From positions 3,180,001 through 3,212,000 of the forward strand of contig JAIZWK010000001.1 in the NCBI GenBank assembly GCA_021498095.1: a DNA stretch of 32,000 nt, written 5' to 3'. Position numbers and translations under genes: made by a program. Numbering within the stretch: the stretch's first letter is position 1; every line of letters starts with the position of its first letter. The notes below the pieces were generated by a model. The model did not search any database, was not told the origin of the DNA, and was given only the letters and a program-made list of their open reading frames with translations. Source of the DNA: Candidatus Harpocratesius repetitus. Lineage in GTDB: Archaea; Asgardarchaeota; Lokiarchaeia; Sigyniarchaeales; Promethearchaeaceae. Positions 1-10,025 of this stretch are shown piece by piece.

Positions 1-40
1 TACTAGTTTTTCTGAATACATCTAGTTTTACATTTCTCAT
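1..40 (-). CDS. 5' end of an unidentified gene running off the left edge (MRNVKLDVFRKTS...)
   Basis: Minus-strand ATG at 40 with GAGGT SD-like motif 7 nt upstream (48-52) and an AT-rich TATA-like stretch near 85-92; frame open to the window edge. Only 13 codons are visible. Confidence 0.4.
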   Translation of the reverse strand, partial: MRNVKLDVFRKTS

Positions 41-287
41 TTGTGATACCTCTAGCAATTTTGTTTGTAAAATTTGTTAAAGTATTATATAGCTCTTTAC
101 ATAAATAAATTTTTTTTTTCATATCTGTCAATCAATATTTTAAGAAATAATGGGATTCTAGAATCAAAATTAAAAAAATATCTCTCAAAATTGACTTTCA
201 TTATATTATTAAATGATATTATGTTGCTAAACGAGAGATAGGTAATTAAATGCTGTAAAAATCAATAAAAATGAAAAAAGAATTCAT

Positions 288-884
288 TTATTTTAAATTA
301 TATAATCGGTGAAGTTGCACACCAACACGTAGATCCCGATTATTCATAGCAATTTGATAACATTTTTGAACAGAAGAATCAAAATCAGCGTTATTTGGTT
401 GAAGCCAGATTGGAATTTTCCCTAAGAAATTAGGAGGTATAACTTTTGGTGTGAATTCATCATCAACAACATATTTTAATTCATTTGGTTCACATTTAAT
501 AGAATAGTTTGCCATCGGTTTGGGTGAGCATACAATCCAATCAACCCCCGCATCCCCTGTAGGAACAGGATTAGTTCCATTAGTTTCGATAGCAATTTGG
601 GGTTTTTGTGAAAAACAAGAAAGTTGATGAATTTTTTCAGATAAAGATTGCAAAGAATAAAGTGTAGGCTCACCACCAGTAAAAATAATATGAGGATAAT
701 GAATGCGCGAAAGAATCTCATCTTCAATCATCAAAATTCCATCACTCCATGATTCCTTCGTGTCACACCAAGAACATCGAAGATTACACCCAGCAAAACG
801 AACAAACGTACAAGGAATTCCCAACCATGAACCTTCACCTTGTATTGAATCAAAGATTTCGCAAATATTGTATTCCACACACAA
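288..884 (-). CDS. queE: 7-carboxy-7-deazaguanine synthase (radical SAM)
   Basis: EIFDSIQGEG N-terminus, FVRFAGCNLRCSWCDT (CxxxCxxC), TGGEP, IETNG, CSPK and C-terminal QLH motifs typical of QueE. TTG start. Confidence 0.92.
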   Translation of the reverse strand: MCVEYNICEIFDSIQGEGSWLGIPCTFVRFAGCNLRCSWCDTKESWSDGILMIEDEILSRIHYPHIIFTGGEPTLYSLQSLSEKIHQLSCFSQKPQIAIETNGTNPVPTGDAGVDWIVCSPKPMANYSIKCEPNELKYVVDDEFTPKVIPPNFLGKIPIWLQPNNADFDSSVQKCYQIAMNNRDLRVGVQLHRLYNLK

Positions 885-964
885 AGTAGGAATACACTAA
901 ATTAAGATTTTTCGATTAAAAACGTACAAAATAAATCTCGAAAAAAGAAAAAAATCAAGAAAAC

Positions 965-3900
965 TTATGGATTATTCTCTTTGGCAGCTTTTCTTTCTCT
1001 TCGGCGTTCTTCTCGTCTTTCTTTTCTTTCTTGGCGTTTTGATTTTCGTTTGGCTTTAGCTTCTTGTCGCTTTTCCCATTGTTCGATTTCTTTCGGTTTT
1101 TCCAGTTTATAGCGAGTGTACCCATATTTTTTATGTATAATGTCAAGTGTGTGAATATACATAATGGTTATATAAGATGTGTTTAGATCGTTAATGATCA
1201 AAGTCTGAGTTGCACCTCCGACCCATAGAAAGAGTGGAACAGCAATACCAACAGTAAGTATCATATTAACGTCGTAAATCCATCCGAAAAGTGCTCCAAC
1301 AAATCCACCTATTAACGCATTGGTTGCCCACATGGTATACTGCATTACTCGAAAAACTTTATTTATATTTGACCGTTTAATGAAAAGATCTACTGTATTA
1401 GTGACAATCATTCGGATAGAGCGAAGTAAAGCCATACTATATGGTCGATTTTCGATCACAATTGCAGGCATAGTAAACATATTTAACTGCATCCACAGAC
1501 GCTCAATTAAAGGAGCTTTCTTTTTCTTTCCTTTAACTTTCTTAGTTTTATCAAAAGATTGTGGATCAACAGGTTTCACTTTTGCTGCTAATTCCATGGC
1601 TTCTTTAGGTGTTTTTGGATGATAATCTCCCTTTAGGAATTTGGTTACAAATTGTATCATGTGAATAATTGTAGAAGTAAACGCATAACCCATTAATCCC
1701 CACCATCTTCGGCGTAAGATTCTAAAACTCTTTCCAAATGAGAGACTACCGCCTCGATACCAATGATGAATCATCAATTGTTTCATCCCTAAGGAGGAAT
1801 AAAATACAATATACATCAAGAATACAAATAGAGCAGTGAAACCGATAAACATATATGTATCACTTACTCCTAGTTTTGAAACTTCTTGATATATTACAGT
1901 AGGTCCATCTTTTTCTACCTTAAAGAAGAATTTCCATGCAGTAACTCCATAAAAGAATGAAAGTAAATTAACCCAAAGTGTCTGGAAAAATTGTGGAATT
2001 AACATCTGTTTCTCTTTTACTACAACCAAGCATGACATTTTAAGAAATTTACTTGCTAATTTGAATTTTCGATGCCAAATGGTTAAAAATAGAATAGAAG
2101 GTATGATAAGTACTAAAAAGACCCAATTGTAATTTTGTCCATTATATTCAAATTCAACATATCGATATAAAATATAATATAGAGAAACTTGCACAAATAA
2201 TACCAAATACATGACAATCATAGCAAGTTCCGCAAAAACTCGAACTATGAAATAAGCAGAAAGAAGAGAAACGATATAAATCCCTATGATAACCAATAAA
2301 CTCACGACAGAATATTTTCCTATAATTTTAGACATTCCTTCCAATTGATCGAAATCTACACCTGCATATTTTATGGATACATCTAAACCTATCACATATA
2401 AACTCCAAATTCCAATACCGAAGAAAATCATAAATAGAATGACTAAAATTCCTTCGCTTATTCTGTGAAATCGTCCGAAAATTTCGAAACCTTCTAAATC
2501 AAAAGGTGGATTCTCCCGATAGAGTTCTTTATATTTCTTAACTCGTCTGGATTTCAGTTCTTCTTGCTTTCGTTTTTGTTCTTCTTTTTCTTGACGCTTC
2601 CACTCTAATTTTTCCTTCTTAGATTTAAATTTTTCAATTCGCTTCTTTAAGAATTGGCTTTTCTTTGGATCTAATTCAGCCAATAATGTCAACAACTCAG
2701 CATCTTGTGTTTTCTTATAAAATCGAGTTAATTTTGAGAAAATATCTGGTTGAAAATTCGGTTGTTTTTGCCAAATATCTTTTAAAACCAAAGAAATTAT
2801 ATGGATCACTTCTTCATCATTAAATCGGAGTAAATTATAGCACATATTTAGAACATCATTTGTCCTCTCTGGAAATTTAGACACTAGGGTATCCAAATTA
2901 GAAGCCAACATGAATCTAACATCTTCATTAGAATCAAAAGCTAAGCGTTGGAAACTGTAAAAAATTCGGTTATTCTCAGCAAATAACTCAGGATTCATGA
3001 AAAGAACTTGAAGTATCATTTTCCCTGCATCTTTTCTCACAGCGGGATTGCGATCTGAGATAAGTTTAAAAATAATATCAAAGTAATCTAAGAAATCTTC
3101 TGGATTAGTACGAAAGATTGCCATGAAAACGCCATGAGTGGTGGATCGGATTTCAGGATTATCAGATGAAGCCAATTTGAGCAAGGTCGGAATTACTATT
3201 TGCATTCTTGTGCCTTTTTGATGATATTCAAGCAGTTTTGTTACCAATATCTTATGAACTTCAACAACGGATGTATTTGCAAAAGAACGAATATCTTGCT
3301 GAAATCTTATCTTATGAATATTATTCTTCTCTGCAAAGTTAAAGTAGGTCTCCAAAGCTTGAGTTGCAACTTCAGGAAGCGGATCTTGCACTGCTCTTGT
3401 TATAAGCTTCAAACAAATAGGAATATTTATTTGTACCAAAGTTATTTTGCTTATTTCTTGTATAATTGCTTTTTTAACAACAAGTGGATTGTTAACATTA
3501 TAGAGTTTTACAAAATATGTATAGATAAGCGATTTGATACGTTTATACTGCTTTCTATCATCTCTCTTGGATAAAGTGGGAAATCTATGAATAAAGAAGC
3601 CTAAAACTTCTATAGCTTTTGCTTTGACATCAGGATCATTCTGTGAGATTTGATGTTCAATAATTGAAAGAACTTTTGATGATTCACTTTCCATAGGAAT
3701 AGACATCAATACACTCATCGCTGTAATTTTTGTTCGTGCATCTTTAGAAGTGCGAAGTGTATCAACAATTAGATTTCTTACTAATTTTGCTTGATTGGTT
3801 GCTTGCAAAAGTCGGTTAAGTGCTTCAGAAACACCTTCTTGTACTATAGATTCTCTAGATTGCATCTGCTTATATATTAAAGGTTTAAATGTCTCTTCAT

Positions 3901-6900
3901 AAGGATTAACTTTTTCTGATTTATTGGTTTTGTAGTTAAGAATCTTATGTGTTTTAAATCCTTTTTTAGAATGATCACCAATTAAAGTGGCAAATAAAAT
4001 TAACGTTTGTTTCATGACTTTTGGTGAAACTGGAATATTTAACAGAAGTAAGTTATATAATACTTCAAAAATTTCATTGAAATAACCAGTATCAATTGAA
4101 TACAGAGTTTTCAGATGTTTAATCAAAATGCCATTAATATTTGCAGTAATCTTCGTAAAATTTTCCCTAATTTTGAATATTATATTATCTATCGTGATAT
4201 CTGGATAAGCATTGCGTTTATTAGAGATTTTTTCTAAAAATATTCTTGAATATACATCTAAAATTTTTGCTAATGCAATTTCTCCTCCTTTAGAATAATG
4301 TGCTTCTAAATAAACAAATAAATCATCATATTTTTGGGGAGCATAATAGAAAATTTCAGCAATTAATGCCAAAGTGGTGCCGTATACAGTCATTGTTTGA
4401 AAGTCTTCCTTGAAACCGAAGAAAGTTGTTTTCTCATCTTTTAATTCTTGTATTTCAGCGTATTCAAGAGATTCATCAATATCATCTGCTGACGAAATAA
4501 GAATTGGTAGCAACTCAACCTTATCCAAATGTGGAACGATTTTTGCAGCAATTTGAGACAAAATATTAAGTAAATCGATACGCACTAGTGTACTTAATGG
4601 AGTTTTTAGCAAAATTGCAATATCATCCAATAAATAATGAGGAGAATCACCTTCAATAAAGAATCTATGAACTTGGTGTCTAATATCCTTAACTTCATCA
4701 ATAAGAAGAGGACTAAAAAGATGTTGGAAGAATTCTTGAGCATATATATCTTCTCGAGTCTTCGCAATTACGATTAATGAAGAGACAGTTGCTTTTCTAA
4801 CATCTACACTTGGTGAATTTACTAATAATTGAAAATGAGGATAGAGAAGTTTCTTAAATAAATCAACGCTAATCCTTGCAGCTAAACTTCCCAAAGCCAC
4901 AGCAGCATCACTTTTATACTGTAAGATTGGGGATTTCAGATATTGTTCAATGTATTGAAAGAAATTTTCAAACCATTCCGGTTTTATACCTGTTAATTTA
5001 ACAACAATACCTATTTTTTGACGAACAATTTCATCATCAGAATCTCTGATTTCATTAAAAGTTTCCATTAATTTTGGGATAATGTCAGGAACAACAACAG
5101 CATAATTGCCAAAAGTTCTTAAAGTGGCAGTAATTAACCCCGTATCTCTATATTTCAATAATTCCAAGAATATATTATTGAGTTCATGACTTTCTTGCAC
5201 AAAATTTCGAGGGGCTTTATCAATTACATCTAATGCACCTGAAGTTACTCTGATTTTGCTTGTATTACTAAGAAGAGGGCGAATGAATTTCCAAACTGCT
5301 TTATGTTCTTGCTTTTCATAAAGACCAACAATCTGGAAAACTACTTGATAACCTTCACTAGATAAATTCTTTTGGATGAGTTCTTCACATAATTCTAAAG
5401 GATTCATAATGTTTCGGCGCACTATTTGACGTAAAACATTACGAGCCTGTTTTATTTTTTGTTTATCTTTTGATTCCAGTAATTCAATTAAAGTTGTTGT
5501 AAGCGATTTTTTATCAAGTTTTAGAATTATATTGTCAATTTCAGATTTTAATTTTTGAACAATATCAGAATTTTCATCAGAAAACAGTTCACCAATTATA
5601 ACTGAAATATGTTTTGCTGTTTGCTTGGAGAGATGATCTTTCATTTGAACATATTTAATAACTGTATCAGTAACTAGCAAACGCATTTCAACATTCTCGT
5701 GAGACGAATACTTCTTAAGGGTTTCAAAGTCATTAGCAATTATTGCACGATTTAAAACCCATTCATCTGCATTTTGTGGAATACTTTTATCCCAAAAAAC
5801 GAAATAAACTAAAAAGTAAATATTTAGGAATTTTTGAATCAAAATTGCAAACCCAAATGTTCGATATATCAATTCGCGGTCTGTTGTTCGAGAAAAATCT
5901 AAATTCAACCCAATCAAACCTAAATTATCATCAGGAAAGAAATCAGGATATTTATACATAGCATTCATAAAAATTGAAAAGGCAATTCCTGTAATTATAT
6001 ATGCAGCAAAAAGAACCATTTTTGAAGTATTAAGGGGTTCTTTGCTGAGAAATTTTTTGTAGAACCCAAATAGACCGAATAAGCATGTTGTAAAGATAAA
6101 ACCGAGAAAATCCAGAGGAAATAGGATGAAAAACATTTGAATTTTTTCAATTTCTTCAGATGTAATATCAGGATTTATTTGAGCAAGAAAAGTAACTATT
6201 TCTTCAACAGCACCAGAGCGAGTTACGCTTGGATTCGAGACACTTTCAGGAACCTTCCCCCAAAATATTGGGATGTAATCTATAGAAAAACTGATTAGGG
6301 AATAAATAGTAGAGATTATACCTAAAATAGCAATTATGTAAAAAATCATAATTTGAGGTTCTTTTTTTAATATTACACGCCTTCCCCGGTAAATAGCATG
6401 AGCAGTTCCATTATATGTATAGTAACTTAAATAGAACATAGGCCCTAAAAGAAGCCATACAAGAAAGATAATGCCCACAGCCCATCCATCTGATAAATTA
6501 CTAGGAATATTCCAATAATTCAAAGCAATATATGATGTAACTAAAGGTGCCAGTAGAACGATAAAAAAGAATAAAACCATAGCAGCTAAAGTGTTCCATG
6601 GAGATTCAAATCGATCTATAAGTTTATTTTCAATTGCTTGTTGAATTTCAGTGGCACCTTCTTGAGACGGCTTTGAAAGTAAGTAATATTCGTAAACTGG
6701 ATAGAAAAAAGAGAATCCCATAATAACAAAAAGTGTAATTGGTAAGAAATTCGGAAATTGAAAAGCTTTAACCATTTCTTCTGTCCAAATAGTTTTTTCA
6801 ACACTGGGTAATATCAATAATGCATTACGGGCAAAAATACTACTAATCATTGCTAAGGCAAAAATAATCGCAAAGGATACCATTACCGAAAATGTCATGG

Positions 6901-7078
6901 CACTGATTGTATTACGTATTTTCTGTCCTTTTGTATAAACTGGAGATGTTTTTAATTCTTGTTGAATATAAATCCAACATCGAATCATGATTACAATTCC
7001 AATAAACGTAAACAATAATGTTAATCCGCTATTTAAAAGCCCCGCATAATCATAATTATTTTCCGTCTGTAATAGCAT
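965..7078 (-). CDS. Giant membrane protein: N-terminal multi-TM domain, long HEAT-repeat solenoid, charged coiled coil, C-terminal CTL/SLC44 (Pns1)/DUF6159-like membrane domain
   Basis: 2037-aa uninterrupted ORF. About 10 hydrophobic segments in aa 1-430. HEAT-like motifs in aa ~435-1465 (LVNSPSVDVRKA, LLIDEVKDIRHQ, QISQNDPDVKAKA, AVQDPLPEVATQA, LASSDNPEIRST, LISDRNPAVRKDA, LAFDSNEDVRFM). Second TM block at aa ~1540-1980. K/E/R-rich tail. Confidence 0.85.
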   Translation of the reverse strand: MLLQTENNYDYAGLLNSGLTLLFTFIGIVIMIRCWIYIQQELKTSPVYTKGQKIRNTISAMTFSVMVSFAIIFALAMISSIFARNALLILPSVEKTIWTEEMVKAFQFPNFLPITLFVIMGFSFFYPVYEYYLLSKPSQEGATEIQQAIENKLIDRFESPWNTLAAMVLFFFIVLLAPLVTSYIALNYWNIPSNLSDGWAVGIIFLVWLLLGPMFYLSYYTYNGTAHAIYRGRRVILKKEPQIMIFYIIAILGIISTIYSLISFSIDYIPIFWGKVPESVSNPSVTRSGAVEEIVTFLAQINPDITSEEIEKIQMFFILFPLDFLGFIFTTCLFGLFGFYKKFLSKEPLNTSKMVLFAAYIITGIAFSIFMNAMYKYPDFFPDDNLGLIGLNLDFSRTTDRELIYRTFGFAILIQKFLNIYFLVYFVFWDKSIPQNADEWVLNRAIIANDFETLKKYSSHENVEMRLLVTDTVIKYVQMKDHLSKQTAKHISVIIGELFSDENSDIVQKLKSEIDNIILKLDKKSLTTTLIELLESKDKQKIKQARNVLRQIVRRNIMNPLELCEELIQKNLSSEGYQVVFQIVGLYEKQEHKAVWKFIRPLLSNTSKIRVTSGALDVIDKAPRNFVQESHELNNIFLELLKYRDTGLITATLRTFGNYAVVVPDIIPKLMETFNEIRDSDDEIVRQKIGIVVKLTGIKPEWFENFFQYIEQYLKSPILQYKSDAAVALGSLAARISVDLFKKLLYPHFQLLVNSPSVDVRKATVSSLIVIAKTREDIYAQEFFQHLFSPLLIDEVKDIRHQVHRFFIEGDSPHYLLDDIAILLKTPLSTLVRIDLLNILSQIAAKIVPHLDKVELLPILISSADDIDESLEYAEIQELKDEKTTFFGFKEDFQTMTVYGTTLALIAEIFYYAPQKYDDLFVYLEAHYSKGGEIALAKILDVYSRIFLEKISNKRNAYPDITIDNIIFKIRENFTKITANINGILIKHLKTLYSIDTGYFNEIFEVLYNLLLLNIPVSPKVMKQTLILFATLIGDHSKKGFKTHKILNYKTNKSEKVNPYEETFKPLIYKQMQSRESIVQEGVSEALNRLLQATNQAKLVRNLIVDTLRTSKDARTKITAMSVLMSIPMESESSKVLSIIEHQISQNDPDVKAKAIEVLGFFIHRFPTLSKRDDRKQYKRIKSLIYTYFVKLYNVNNPLVVKKAIIQEISKITLVQINIPICLKLITRAVQDPLPEVATQALETYFNFAEKNNIHKIRFQQDIRSFANTSVVEVHKILVTKLLEYHQKGTRMQIVIPTLLKLASSDNPEIRSTTHGVFMAIFRTNPEDFLDYFDIIFKLISDRNPAVRKDAGKMILQVLFMNPELFAENNRIFYSFQRLAFDSNEDVRFMLASNLDTLVSKFPERTNDVLNMCYNLLRFNDEEVIHIISLVLKDIWQKQPNFQPDIFSKLTRFYKKTQDAELLTLLAELDPKKSQFLKKRIEKFKSKKEKLEWKRQEKEEQKRKQEELKSRRVKKYKELYRENPPFDLEGFEIFGRFHRISEGILVILFMIFFGIGIWSLYVIGLDVSIKYAGVDFDQLEGMSKIIGKYSVVSLLVIIGIYIVSLLSAYFIVRVFAELAMIVMYLVLFVQVSLYYILYRYVEFEYNGQNYNWVFLVLIIPSILFLTIWHRKFKLASKFLKMSCLVVVKEKQMLIPQFFQTLWVNLLSFFYGVTAWKFFFKVEKDGPTVIYQEVSKLGVSDTYMFIGFTALFVFLMYIVFYSSLGMKQLMIHHWYRGGSLSFGKSFRILRRRWWGLMGYAFTSTIIHMIQFVTKFLKGDYHPKTPKEAMELAAKVKPVDPQSFDKTKKVKGKKKKAPLIERLWMQLNMFTMPAIVIENRPYSMALLRSIRMIVTNTVDLFIKRSNINKVFRVMQYTMWATNALIGGFVGALFGWIYDVNMILTVGIAVPLFLWVGGATQTLIINDLNTSYITIMYIHTLDIIHKKYGYTRYKLEKPKEIEQWEKRQEAKAKRKSKRQERKERREERRRERKAAKENNP

Positions 7079-7351
7079 GTTTCACTAATTGGTAAATGAT
7101 CGCTTTATATTTTTCTAATGTGTGCAATTGATCCATATATGAAAATTCTTAATACAGTAAATATTGAAAATCCTCTCGATATAACATAAATGTCTTTCAT
7201 AATAATAGAATGAATTTTCAAAATTCAAAAATCATCTCCATTTATTATTTCTTTAGCTAAAATTCTATGCAGTATTGAATTGGCAATAGAACAAGTACTA
7301 AATATTGATATGCTTAGAATACAAGCGCATATTAAGAAAAAGAGGTAGTAA

Positions 7352-7504
7352 TTGAAATTGTATTTTATTATTTTAATTCTGAAATTTCAAGATATTTGGG
7401 AATATCTAATACAGAAAGGAATAGATGATGGAAGCATCACTCTAAAATATTCAGCATTACAAATAGTTAACTACATTTTTATGTTAATTAATGGTATTGT
7501 TTAA
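7352..7504 (+). pseudogene. Possible remnant of a TetR-family C-terminal domain (50-codon ORF)
   Basis: TTG-start frame MKLYFIILILKFQDIWEYLIQKGIDDGSITLKYSALQIVNYIFMLINGIV. LIQKGIDDGSI...MLING resembles the TetR C-terminal helices. No HTH upstream; in-frame TAG TAA precede it. Confidence 0.3.
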
Positions 7505-7519
7505 CAAATTTATCAACAT

Positions 7520-8212
7520 TCAATGCCCTTTTCTAATTCTCTCAACTTTTTTATTTATTCTACCTATCATTAATCTATAAAGTAAGATTTTGATTAGATT
7601 AGGTCGATTTTTATATTGACTTGTTGAATAATAATCTCCTGGGTCATCCCATAATCCATGATCCTCTGTTACTGCACCCATCTGTACAAAACCCTCTTCA
7701 TCAATATTAAAGTCAGATGAAGCTTCAGCTTTAGAACAAGAGATCGAAAAACCAGTTTTTTTTCCAGAAGCCTTTAGCTTTATCTTAGCATTTCTAAAAA
7801 ATGGTTCATCATTAATATATGAGTCAATTCGTCGCCACTTACCTTCTAAATATACTTCAACCCAACTATGTGAGATCTCACTAGGTATTAGGCGATAGGC
7901 TAAACCAGTAAATAACCCACTCTGTATTTCTTTACTAATCAATGAAAAATGAATCTTGGCTGTAATACCTACTGCTTTACATAAAGCCAAAAACAGAGTT
8001 GATTTATTATTGCATTGACCCATTCTACTCTTAATTGTCTCAGACGCTTTAACTAGATCATTTTTTACAGGAAAGCCAAACTTAATTTCATCGCGTACAT
8101 AATAAAAGATTTTTCCTAATTTTTCGCGATCACTGGTAGTATTTTGAGTCAATTTATAAGCTATTGATCTGACTAAATCATTTTGATAATCTGCATACAC
8201 TTTATTTGACAT
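7520..8212 (-). CDS. Transglutaminase-like domain protein
   Basis: IFYYVRDEIKF, GQCNNKSTLFLALCKAVGI (catalytic Cys) and HSWVEVYLEGKWRRID (His, Asp) form a transglutaminase-like triad. Confidence 0.85.
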   Translation of the reverse strand: MSNKVYADYQNDLVRSIAYKLTQNTTSDREKLGKIFYYVRDEIKFGFPVKNDLVKASETIKSRMGQCNNKSTLFLALCKAVGITAKIHFSLISKEIQSGLFTGLAYRLIPSEISHSWVEVYLEGKWRRIDSYINDEPFFRNAKIKLKASGKKTGFSISCSKAEASSDFNIDEEGFVQMGAVTEDHGLWDDPGDYYSTSQYKNRPNLIKILLYRLMIGRINKKVERIRKGH

Positions 8213-8324
8213 TTCTTATTCCTCCGAATAAAAGCTCCTAATGTAAATTTATGACCAAAATATTATAAAATAAAAGCAGAGTTTTTTTTTACAAAATGTT
8301 CTTTTTTACAGTAAGTGATCGATA

Positions 8325-8828
8325 TTGAAGAATAATGAAACCATTAGTGAATTATTGAAAAAAAAGCCAGAATTTCTTCATTTCCGTGAAGTCATTGAAA
8401 TGATACCATTGATTCAACAAAAATCTTTAGAAAGCATTTACAAAGAAATAGTCTATAATTTCCATAATAATGAACGTATGGCTGAAGAAAGAGAAAGGAT
8501 TAGAAATATCTCTGAAATAATTAACAGTAAATGGTCCACAGATATAATCTATTTAATACTAATTAAAAAAAATCCTTATTTTAATGATATTCTAAAATCA
8601 CTAGAAGGGATCAGTTCCCGAAGTTTAACTGATAAATTAAAGTTATTTGAGGAAAAAGGAATTATTAAACGAAATGTTAAGAAAACACGACCCCTACGAG
8701 TATATTACACTTTGACCAATTATGGAATGGGGCTAATTTCCCTTTTTAACCTAATTTATTTATACACATTATTCTATGAAGATATTGACAAAATAACTAA
8801 ATATTCAGCTAATTTAAAACTTAATTAA
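8325..8828 (+). CDS. HxlR-family winged-helix transcriptional regulator
   Basis: KWSTDIIYLIL...FNDILKSLEGISSRSLTDKLKLFEEKGIIKRNV...RVYYTLTNYG matches the HxlR pattern. Divergent from the transglutaminase gene. Start uncertain (TTG 8325 or a later ATG). Confidence 0.85.
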   Translation: MKNNETISELLKKKPEFLHFREVIEMIPLIQQKSLESIYKEIVYNFHNNERMAEERERIRNISEIINSKWSTDIIYLILIKKNPYFNDILKSLEGISSRSLTDKLKLFEEKGIIKRNVKKTRPLRVYYTLTNYGMGLISLFNLIYLYTLFYEDIDKITKYSANLKLN

Positions 8829-9573
8829 ACACTTAACTAAGAATGGCAACCAGTGCCATCCAAGTTCTTGGCTTAATACTTGGCCTACAAGTCTAATCTT
8901 ACTCAATCTCATTTTTTCATTCTCTGATCATACTAAAATGTTTTAAAATTCCGCAAGGTCGATCCCAATAGCTCTCTGTCGGAATTAATATTAATGCGGT
9001 AACAATGGTATTAGAGATAAAATCCGGTTTTAAAAATAAATTTACCTGTATTGCAATCATTATCCGAGCACTTTTTGGTCGTGTTCTTATTTTTGTTTCT
9101 GAAAGTAATATCACAATTATATTTAACAGTACCCGATAATACTATCCTAGTGGATGAACAAAGGATGCTATAGTAATAATAAATTGGATAAGACTATTTT
9201 AACCGTTGAAATATTGATACTTCCTTTTGTTTAACGTAATTTTATTTAATTAATTAAACACATGAGCCCTTTGATGATTTAATAAAAAATTTTACGATTG
9301 TGAATATTTCTTTTATTTTTATTATTAAGGTATGAATATCCTATTTTTTGATAACTAGAGTATAATATCTTTTTCCTTTGGCCCATCATCTATATCTATC
9401 AAAAAAGAATTGTTTTTGCCAGTATAAAGGAGTGTACAATATTTTTAAAACGATTCCTTTAGCAAATTTGTTAAATTGTTAAATATTTCCAATTAAACTA
9501 TTCAAGAAGAATAGATTATCTTACACTCTTCTTAAAATGATGTAGAACTAATTATAAAGAAAAAATGAAGCTA

Positions 9574-9870
9574 CTATGGCAGCTGCAAGAATAGGCTGAA
9601 AAATGGGGATTCGAACAAAGTATCCGGGTAGTGTTTGTCCCTAAATCCCCCGTGAACAAAGTTCCATTCTTTAAAGCATTGATTCTTGCCTTCTATTTAA
9701 CCTTTAACAATTGTTTTCGTGATTTTTAATGTATTTTTGGGATTTACGGCCCAAATAACTACAACAGCCCTATTTTTAAAATTGAAAGCTATTATGGAAG
9801 GAGTTCCATCAATTTTATCTTTTTGCTACATATTGGATAGGACTACATTAGAAATATCATGGTTTAATTT
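9574..9870 (-). pseudogene. Possible decayed gene (unidentified)
   Basis: About 99 codons in one frame broken by only two stops (TAG 9826-9828, TAA 9697-9699): ...QKDKIDGTPSIIAFNFKNRAVVVIWAVNPKNTLKITKTIVKG*IEGKNQCFKEWNFVHGGFRDKHYPDTLFESPFF. No family recognised. Confidence 0.2.
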
Positions 9871-9901
9871 TCATATATAATCTTGATCACCTTTCTATAT
9901 T

Positions 9902-9966
9902 ATTTGATTAAATCAAATCTAAAACTTAGATTGCTGAAATTTGTTAAACAAAAAATGTTAAACATT
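9902..9966. promoter_or_regulatory. Cluster of four palindromes upstream of the GH13 gene (candidate operators)
   Basis: ATTTGATT-A-AATCAAAT (9902-9918), AATCTAA-AAC-TTAGATT (9916-9932), TTTGTT-A-AACAAA (9940-9952), AATGTT-A-AACATT (9954-9966). Confidence 0.4.
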
Positions 9967-10025
9967 AAGTGATTAAACCCAATAATTGAAATTTTTATAA
10001 TCTGTAAAAGTAATCTATATTTAAG

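Noticed and set aside
8284-8314. TTAC-A-GTAA and T-rich direct repeats as an HxlR operator
   Set aside because: Arms are only 4 bp in AT-rich DNA; not distinguishable from chance.
8917-9114. 65-aa GTG-start ORF
   Set aside because: No SD or motif, and in-frame stops lie just upstream; at best part of a decayed gene.
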